From positions 1,260,001 through 1,292,000 of the forward strand of contig NC_008340.1 of NCBI RefSeq assembly GCF_000014785.1: DNA of 32,000 nt. Reading direction: 5' to 3'. Position 1 is the stretch's first letter. Each line of letters starts with the position of its first letter. A program made the translations under genes and the position numbers. Origin of the DNA: Alkalilimnicola ehrlichii MLHE-1 (lineage in GTDB: Bacteria; Pseudomonadota; Gammaproteobacteria; Nitrococcales; Halorhodospiraceae). The notes under the pieces are model-generated. The model was not told the origin of the DNA. It ran no database searches and saw only the letters and a program-made list of their open reading frames with translations. Positions 26,806-32,000 of the stretch are shown here, piece by piece.

Positions 26806-27717
26806 TCACTCCTGTGCCAGCAATAGAAATTCCATCAGGGCCTTATGGGCGTGCAGGCGGTTCTCCGCCTCGTCCCAGACCACGCTCTGCGGGCCGTCGA
26901 TCACCGAGGCGGACACCTCTTCGCCCCGGTGGGCCGGCAGGCAGTGCATGAACACCGCGTCCTTCGCCGCCAGGCCCATCAGCGCATCGTCCACGCAGAA
27001 GCCGGAGAAGGCCTTCATGCGTGCCTTGGCCTCCTCCTCCTGGCCCATGCTGGCCCAGACGTCCGTGGTCACCAAGTGTACCCCCTCCACGGCCTCGCGG
27101 GGATCCCGGTGCACGCTGACCCGGTCGCCGCCGGCATGGATCAGGTCCGGGTCGGGGTCATAGCCCTCCGGTACCGCGATCCGCAGTTGAAAGTCCAACT
27201 GGCGGGCGGCGTTGATCCAGGAGTGGCACATGTTGTTACCGTCGCCCACCCAGGCCACGGTCCGACCCTGGATGCTGCCCCGATGCGCCTCATAAGCCTG
27301 GATGTCGGCCAGCAACTGGCAGGGGTGGAAGCGATCCGACAGACCGTTGATGACCGGGACACGGGAGTACTCGGCAAAGCGCTCCAGCACCTCGTGGCCG
27401 TAGGTGCGGATCATGATGATGTCCACCATGCGGGAGAGCACCCGGGCGGTGTCCTCCACCGGCTCGCCGCGCCCGAGCTGGGTGTCCCGGGGCGAGAGGA
27501 AGATGGCGCTGCCGCCCAGCTGGTTCATACCGGCCTCGAAGGCCACCCGGGTACGGGTGGAGGATTTCTCGAAGACCATGCCCAGCACCTTGCCGCGCAG
27601 CGGTTCGTGCAACTGGCCCTGGTCGCGAATGTGCTTCAGTTCCGAGGCGCGGTGGATGACGCGGCGCAGCTCGTCCGGTGTGAAGTCGAGCAGGGTCAGA
27701 AAATGACGCGGATGCAT
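26806..27717 (-). CDS. argF: ornithine carbamoyltransferase
   Basis: The carbamoyl-phosphate motif STRTR, the ornithine motifs HPCQ and [13 protein letters not shown], and the N-terminus [21 protein letters not shown] are present. GGAGG lies 6 nt upstream of ATG 27717. Confidence 0.93.
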   Translation of the reverse strand: MHPRHFLTLLDFTPDELRRVIHRASELKHIRDQGQLHEPLRGKVLGMVFEKSSTRTRVAFEAGMNQLGGSAIFLSPRDTQLGRGEPVEDTARVLSRMVDIIMIRTYGHEVLERFAEYSRVPVINGLSDRFHPCQLLADIQAYEAHRGSIQGRTVAWVGDGNNMCHSWINAARQLDFQLRIAVPEGYDPDPDLIHAGGDRVSVHRDPREAVEGVHLVTTDVWASMGQEEEAKARMKAFSGFCVDDALMGLAAKDAVFMHCLPAHRGEEVSASVIDGPQSVVWDEAENRLHAHKALMEFLLLAQE

Positions 27718-27739
27718 GTGAGTCCTCCCCGGGTGGGGT

Positions 27740-28924
27740 TCAGGCGCATTCCCTGGTCAGGAATGCCCGGATAAGGTCGGCGACCCCGGAGGCGATGCGG
27801 TCGGCCTCCTCGTCGCTGATCACCAGCGGGGGCAGCAGACGTACCACCGAGCCGGCGGTGACGTTGATCAGCAGGCCCTGCTCCAGCGCCTCGGTCACCA
27901 GCCCGGCACAGGGCTGCGTGAGCTCGATCCCGATCATCAGGCCCAGGCCGCGGATCTCCCGGACCCCGGAGTGATCGCCCAGCGCCTGCATCAGGCCCTC
28001 GCGGATCCGCCGACCCTGGACCGCGGCCCGCTCCGCCAGGCGGTCCTCCTCCAGGGTCTCCAGCACGGCCAGGGCCGCGCGGGCGGCCAGCGGGTTACCG
28101 CCGAAGGTGGAGCCGTGGTTCCCGGGGCCGAAGACGCCGCGCGCGGCACCTCCCACCAGACAGGCCCCGATGGGCACCCCGTTGCCCAGGCCCTTGGCCA
28201 GGCTGAGCACGTCGGGGCGGATGTTGGCGTGCTGGTAGGCGAACAGCCGGCCGGTGCGGCCCATACCGGTCTGCACTTCGTCCAGCATCAGCAGCCAGTC
28301 CTGCTGGTCGCAGAGTTCGCGCAGGCCGGGCAGGTAGTCCGCCGCCGGGGTGCGGACGCCGCCTTCGCCCTGGACCGGCTCCACCAGCACGGCGACGATG
28401 TCGTCGTGTTCGCGGGCGGCCCGGCGGGCCGCCTCCAGGTCATCGTAGGGGATGCGCAGAAAGCCCTCCGGAAGCGGTCCGAACCCCTCCTGGGCCGCCG
28501 GGTTGCCGGTGGCGGCCAGCGTCCCCAGGGTGCGGCCGTGGAAGGCGTTGTCCATCACCAGGATGCGCGGTCGCTCGATACCCCGCCGGTGGCCGTAGAG
28601 CCGGGCGAGCTTGATGGCCGCCTCGTTGGCCTCGGCGCCGGAGTTGCAGAAAAACACCTCGTCCAACCCGGCCACCTGGGTCAGGCGCGCCCCCAGCTGC
28701 TCCTGCACCGGAATCCGGTAGAGGTTCGAGGTGTGCAACAGGGTGGCCGCCTGTTCCTGCAGCGCGCGGGTGACCGCCGGGTGGGCGTGGCCCAGCCCGC
28801 AGACCGCGATGCCGGACAGGGCGTCCAGGTAGGCGCGCCCCTGGTCGTCCCACAGCCAGGCCCCTTCACCCCGCTCGAAGGCAACGGGCAGGCGCTTGTA
28901 AGTGGGCATGAGGGCTTCCAGCAT
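27740..28924 (-). CDS. argD: acetylornithine (succinylornithine-type) aminotransferase
   Basis: [45 protein letters not shown], the class-III aminotransferase pattern [11 protein letters not shown], and the PLP-lysine region [12 protein letters not shown] are present. The gene is 22 nt upstream of argF on the same strand. Confidence 0.9.
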   Translation of the reverse strand: MLEALMPTYKRLPVAFERGEGAWLWDDQGRAYLDALSGIAVCGLGHAHPAVTRALQEQAATLLHTSNLYRIPVQEQLGARLTQVAGLDEVFFCNSGAEANEAAIKLARLYGHRRGIERPRILVMDNAFHGRTLGTLAATGNPAAQEGFGPLPEGFLRIPYDDLEAARRAAREHDDIVAVLVEPVQGEGGVRTPAADYLPGLRELCDQQDWLLMLDEVQTGMGRTGRLFAYQHANIRPDVLSLAKGLGNGVPIGACLVGGAARGVFGPGNHGSTFGGNPLAARAALAVLETLEEDRLAERAAVQGRRIREGLMQALGDHSGVREIRGLGLMIGIELTQPCAGLVTEALEQGLLINVTAGSVVRLLPPLVISDEEADRIASGVADLIRAFLTRECA

Positions 28925-29070
28925 GATCGGGCTCCGCGATGCCAGCGGGCGGCGAGGGCCGCCGGGGAAAAAGGGAGGATTCTAGAGAGGCCCCGGGCGG
29001 GGCGCAAGTTGCGTGCAGCCTGTTGGTTGGTCGGACAAATTGCCCAGAGGCCGCGGCGGTGGGCTGAAAC

Positions 29071-29108
29071 ACAAAGGCCCCGGTCGATGTGTTCGCCGGG
29101 GCCTTTGT
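29071..29108 (-). terminator. intrinsic terminator downstream of sodA
   Basis: Stem ACAAAGGCCCCGG (29071-29083) pairs with CCGGGGCCTTTGT (29096-29108), a 13-bp perfect stem. On the minus strand it is followed by a short GTTT. It lies 40 nt beyond the sodA stop. Confidence 0.6.
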
Positions 29109-29147
29109 GAACGGGGCGGTGCGGCCGCCCCGGGCGCGGTCCGGGCC

Positions 29148-29756
29148 TTACTTGGCCTCGGCCAGGCGCTTTGCCACCTCGTCCCAGTTGACCACGTCCC
29201 AGAAGGCCTCGACGTAGTCCGGACGGCGGTTCTGGTAGCGCAGGTAGTAGGCGTGCTCCCAGACATCCAGGCCCAGGATGGGGGTGCCCTTGACCTCGGC
29301 CACGTCCATCAGCGGGTTGTCCTGGTTGGGGGTGGAGGTGACCTGCAGCTGGCCCTGGCCGTTGACGATCAGCCAGGCCCAGCCGGAGCCGAAGCGGCCC
29401 AGGGCGGCGTTGGTGAACTCCTCACGGAACTTCTCGTAGGAGCCGAAGGCCTGGTCGATCTGCTGGGCCACCTCACCCTGCGGTTGACCGCCACCGTTGG
29501 GGGACAGCCACTGCCAGAAGGCGGTATGGTTCCAGTGGCCACCGCCGTTGTTACGCACCGGGGCACCCAGTTGGCCGGCCTTCTTCAGGAGGTCTTCCAG
29601 AGACAGATCGGCCTCCGGCTTGCCCGCGATGGCGTCGTTCAGCTTGGTGACGTAGGTGTTGTGGTGCTTGGTGTGGTGGATTTCCATCGTCTGGGCGTCG
29701 ATGGCGCGATCCAGCGCGTTATAGTCGTAAGCCAGATCGGGCAGCTTGAAAGCCAT
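29148..29756 (-). CDS. sodA: superoxide dismutase, Mn-type
   Basis: [32 protein letters not shown] and [31 protein letters not shown] are SOD hallmarks. The Mn-type discriminators GGGHWNH and TPNQD (Gln of the NQD motif) match E. coli SodA. AGGAG lies upstream of the ATG. Confidence 0.93.
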   Translation of the reverse strand: MAFKLPDLAYDYNALDRAIDAQTMEIHHTKHHNTYVTKLNDAIAGKPEADLSLEDLLKKAGQLGAPVRNNGGGHWNHTAFWQWLSPNGGGQPQGEVAQQIDQAFGSYEKFREEFTNAALGRFGSGWAWLIVNGQGQLQVTSTPNQDNPLMDVAEVKGTPILGLDVWEHAYYLRYQNRRPDYVEAFWDVVNWDEVAKRLAEAK

Positions 29757-30015
29757 ATGATCGCTCCTCAGTATCTCCGTTTGGGAATGACAGCCGGTGG
29801 CCCGGCTCGCTCGATCGAGTTGTAAATTCCTTAGTACATTATTTGGGGACTCGAGCGGAATATCTCAACCCCCGTCCCGTTCCGCGTCCGCCCATTATAG
29901 GCTAATTGTGCAGTGCACCGGCATGGGATCAACTCTGTCGCAGCGGCAGGTACCATAACACCCAAAGCCTGATCTTGACCCGGCACGGCCCGACCGTGCC
30001 CCAGGAGCAACCACC

Positions 30016-31551
30016 ATGGACCCGATTGCCCTCAGTGTCTTTTCCAGCCGCATGGCCGCCGTCTGCGAGGAGATGGGCGCCGTGCTGCGGCGCACCGCCT
30101 TCTCGCCCAACATCCGCGACCGGCTGGATTTTTCCTGCGCGGTGTTCGATGCCGACGGCGGGCTGGCGGCGCAGGCCGCGCACATCCCGGTGCATCTGGG
30201 CAGCATGGCCTACGCCATGGCGGGGGTGATCCGGCGCTTCGACTGGCAGCCGGGGGACATGGTGGTCTTTAACGACCCCTTCCTGGGCGGTACCCACCTG
30301 CCCGATGTCACGCTCGTCTCGCCGCTGTTCGTGGATGGCGAACGGGTCGCCTTCCTGGCCAACCGCGCCCACCACGCGGATATCGGTGCGGTGACCCCGG
30401 GCTCCATGCCCCTGTCCACCACCCTGGAGGAGGAGGGGGTGCTCATCAGTCCGGTGCGGCTCTACCGGGCAGGCCGGCGCGACGAGGCCGTGTTGCAGCG
30501 CATCGTCTCGCGCACCCGCAACCCCCGGCAGGCGGGGGGCGACTTTGCCGCCCAGGCCAGTTCGGTCTCCAGCGGTGTGCACCGGCTGCAGGAACTGGTC
30601 GGGCGCATGGGGATGTCTGAGTTCCGGGCCGCCCTTGCGGCGTTGAACGATTACGCCGAGCGGCTGGTGCGGGCCGCCTTGGTGGACCTGCCCGACGGCA
30701 GGTGGACCTTTACCGACTACCTGGATGACGACGGCCAGGGGCAGCAGGACCTGCCCATCCAGGTGGCCCTGACCCTCGATCACCACGATGCCCACGTGGA
30801 CTTCGCCGGCTCCGCCGACCAGGTGCGGGGCAACCTGAACTGCCCCTTATCGGTGGCGGCCGCCGCCGTGTTCTACGCCTTCCGCTGTCTGATGCCGGAG
30901 CAGACCCCGGCCTGTGCCGGTGCCTTCCGGCCTATCACCCTGAGCGCCCCCGAGGGCAGCCTGCTCAACGCCCGCCACCCGGCCGCGGTGGCTGCCGGCA
31001 ATGTCGAGACCAGCCAGCGGGTGGTGGACGCGGTGCTGGGGGCGCTGGCGCCGGCGCTGCCGGACCGCATCCCCGCGGCCAGCCATGGCGGCATGAACAA
31101 CCTGGCCATGGGGGCGCTGGCGGAGGACTCGCCCTGGGACTACTACGAGACCCTGGGCGGCGGCATGGGCGGCGGTCCCCACCATCGCGGCCGGTCGGGC
31201 GTTCAGGTGCACATGACCAATACCCTCAACACCCCCCTGGAGGCGCTGGAGATGGCCTATCCGCTGCGTCTGCGCCGCTATGCCCTGCGCCGTGGCTCCG
31301 GCGGTGCCGGGCGCCATCCCGGAGGCGAGGGGGTGATCCGGGAGTACGAGTTTCTCACCCCCGCATCGGTCACGCTGATCACCGAACGGCGCCGCCATGC
31401 CCCCTGGGGGCTACAAGGTGGCGCGCCGGGCGCGGTGGGCGAGAACCGGCTCAACGGCGAGCTGCTGCCGGGCAAGGTGCGCCTGGAGGTGGCGGCCGGG
31501 GACCGGCTCACTGTCATGACCCCCGGGGGTGGCGGCTGGGGCGGTTCATAG
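30016..31551 (+). CDS. hydantoinase B / 5-oxoprolinase B-subunit family protein
   Basis: [68 protein letters not shown] is the typical HyuB/OplB N-terminus. The GG-rich C-terminal segment [20 protein letters not shown] fits as well. AGGAG lies 9 nt upstream. Confidence 0.85.
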   Translation: MDPIALSVFSSRMAAVCEEMGAVLRRTAFSPNIRDRLDFSCAVFDADGGLAAQAAHIPVHLGSMAYAMAGVIRRFDWQPGDMVVFNDPFLGGTHLPDVTLVSPLFVDGERVAFLANRAHHADIGAVTPGSMPLSTTLEEEGVLISPVRLYRAGRRDEAVLQRIVSRTRNPRQAGGDFAAQASSVSSGVHRLQELVGRMGMSEFRAALAALNDYAERLVRAALVDLPDGRWTFTDYLDDDGQGQQDLPIQVALTLDHHDAHVDFAGSADQVRGNLNCPLSVAAAAVFYAFRCLMPEQTPACAGAFRPITLSAPEGSLLNARHPAAVAAGNVETSQRVVDAVLGALAPALPDRIPAASHGGMNNLAMGALAEDSPWDYYETLGGGMGGGPHHRGRSGVQVHMTNTLNTPLEALEMAYPLRLRRYALRRGSGGAGRHPGGEGVIREYEFLTPASVTLITERRRHAPWGLQGGAPGAVGENRLNGELLPGKVRLEVAAGDRLTVMTPGGGGWGGS

Positions 31552-31553
31552 TG

Positions 31554-31571
31554 CTGTAACATTACTGCCTT
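31554..31571 (+). promoter_or_regulatory. candidate Pho box upstream of phoB
   Basis: CTGTAAC-ATTA-CTGCCTT consists of two 7-nt direct repeats 11 nt apart. It matches 13 of 18 positions of the E. coli consensus CTGTCATAWAWCTGTCAY. However, the only -10-like hexamer (TAAATA, 31572-31577) abuts it rather than lying about 10 nt downstream, so this is weak. Confidence 0.3.
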
Positions 31572-31609
31572 TAAATAGCGGCCGTCGTTACCTGACGGGG
31601 ATTGGATGC

Positions 31610-32000
31610 ATGGCTGTCAATATACTGCTCGTGGAAGACGATGCGGCCGTTCGAGAGATGCTGCTGCTGCCGCTGCGGCGCGCGGGGTTCGAGATCACCG
31701 GCGTCGCTGATGTCGCCCAGGGCAAGGCGGCGCTTTTGGAGCGCGTGCCGGACCTGATCCTGCTGGACTGGATGCTGCCCGACGTCAGCGGCATCGATTG
31801 GGCGCGGGAGCTCAAGCGCGACCCCTTCACCCGCGATGTGCCGCTGATCATGCTCACCGCCCGTGGCGAGGAGGAGGACAAGGTGCGCGGTCTGGAGGTC
31901 GGCGCCGATGACTACGTCACCAAGCCGTTCTCGCCTCGGGAACTGATCGCCCGTATCCGGGCGGTGCTGAGACGGACGACGCCGGATGCCGGCGACCAAC
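31610..32000 (+). CDS. phoB: phosphate regulon response regulator, 5' part (runs off the right edge; absent from the ORF track)
   Basis: Manual translation from ATG 31610 gives [122 protein letters not shown]. This is near-colinear with the E. coli PhoB receiver domain (…[15 protein letters not shown]…[42 protein letters not shown]). The antisense track ORF 31571..31999 is a shadow frame. Confidence 0.88.
   Translation, partial: MAVNILLVEDDAAVREMLLLPLRRAGFEITGVADVAQGKAALLERVPDLILLDWMLPDVSGIDWARELKRDPFTRDVPLIMLTARGEEEDKVRGLEVGADDYVTKPFSPRELIARIRAVLRRTTPDAGDQ

Noticed and set aside
29822-29846. Possible Fur box upstream of sodA (minus-strand CAAATAATGTACTAAGGAATTT)
   Set aside because: Only about one half-site (ATAATG) matches the GATAATGATAATCATTATC consensus, roughly 9 of 19 positions by eye. 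That is insufficient.
31511-31517. Consensus Pho half-site CTGTCAT inside the 3' end of the hyuB-like gene
   Set aside because: It is a single 7-mer with no second repeat 11 nt away (the following sequence is GACCCCCGGGG) and it lies within coding sequence.
1-32000. Search for CRISPR arrays, tRNA/rRNA genes, IS elements, integrases, toxin-antitoxin pairs or known defence-system genes
   Set aside because: I saw no regularly spaced direct repeats, no T-loop-like GGTTCGAATCC motifs, no transposase/integrase/recombinase-like translations and no short paired ORFs. Every gap larger than 100 bp is accounted for by divergent promoters, terminators or the palindromic element. The window looks like core chromosome rather than an accessory island.

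Overview
This is a GC-rich, gene-dense chromosomal segment with 25 supportable CDS, short intergenic gaps and several start/stop overlaps. It reads like core genome of a gammaproteobacterium. The divergent aminotransferase/uvrB pair, the E. coli-type SOS box and RelA/PhoB/SodA proteins close to the enterobacterial ones fit that; the taxon itself is inference. Left to right: the 3' end of a NosL-like copper chaperone and a CusF-like secreted protein. A four-gene peptide/nickel-type ABC importer follows (Tat-signal binding protein, two permeases, fused double ATPase), then a class-I aspartate aminotransferase. Next come uvrB, rluB and a TauE/SafE-type membrane protein, then a NIT-(degenerate GGDEF)-EAL sensor. 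A NodI/NodJ-like ABC-2 exporter follows, then a lexA-imuA-imuB SOS mutagenesis operon with a perfect LexA box but no adjacent dnaE2. Then relA, a Cache-type chemoreceptor and a PAS-PAS-GGDEF-EAL protein. An argD-argF operon ends in an orphan TOBE-type ABC ATPase. Last come Mn-type sodA, a lone hydantoinase-B/oxoprolinase-B gene, and the 5' part of phoB, which is absent from the ORF track because it runs off the right edge. I found no rRNA, tRNA, CRISPR array, transposase, integrase, phage gene or recognisable defence system, and no unexplained gap larger than about 400 bp. I therefore cannot support a wholly new multi-gene system here. The best leads are: (1) the dnaE2-less lexA-imuA-imuB module, whose ImuA carries a C-terminal QLGLPL beta-clamp-like motif. 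(2) An orphan importer-type ABC ATPase tightly coupled to argF. (3) A 205-bp nested palindromic, MITE/REP-like element between the aminotransferase gene and uvrB. (4) A nitrate/nitrite-sensor (NIT) c-di-GMP phosphodiesterase. Most long ORFs lying antisense to these genes are high-GC shadow frames.
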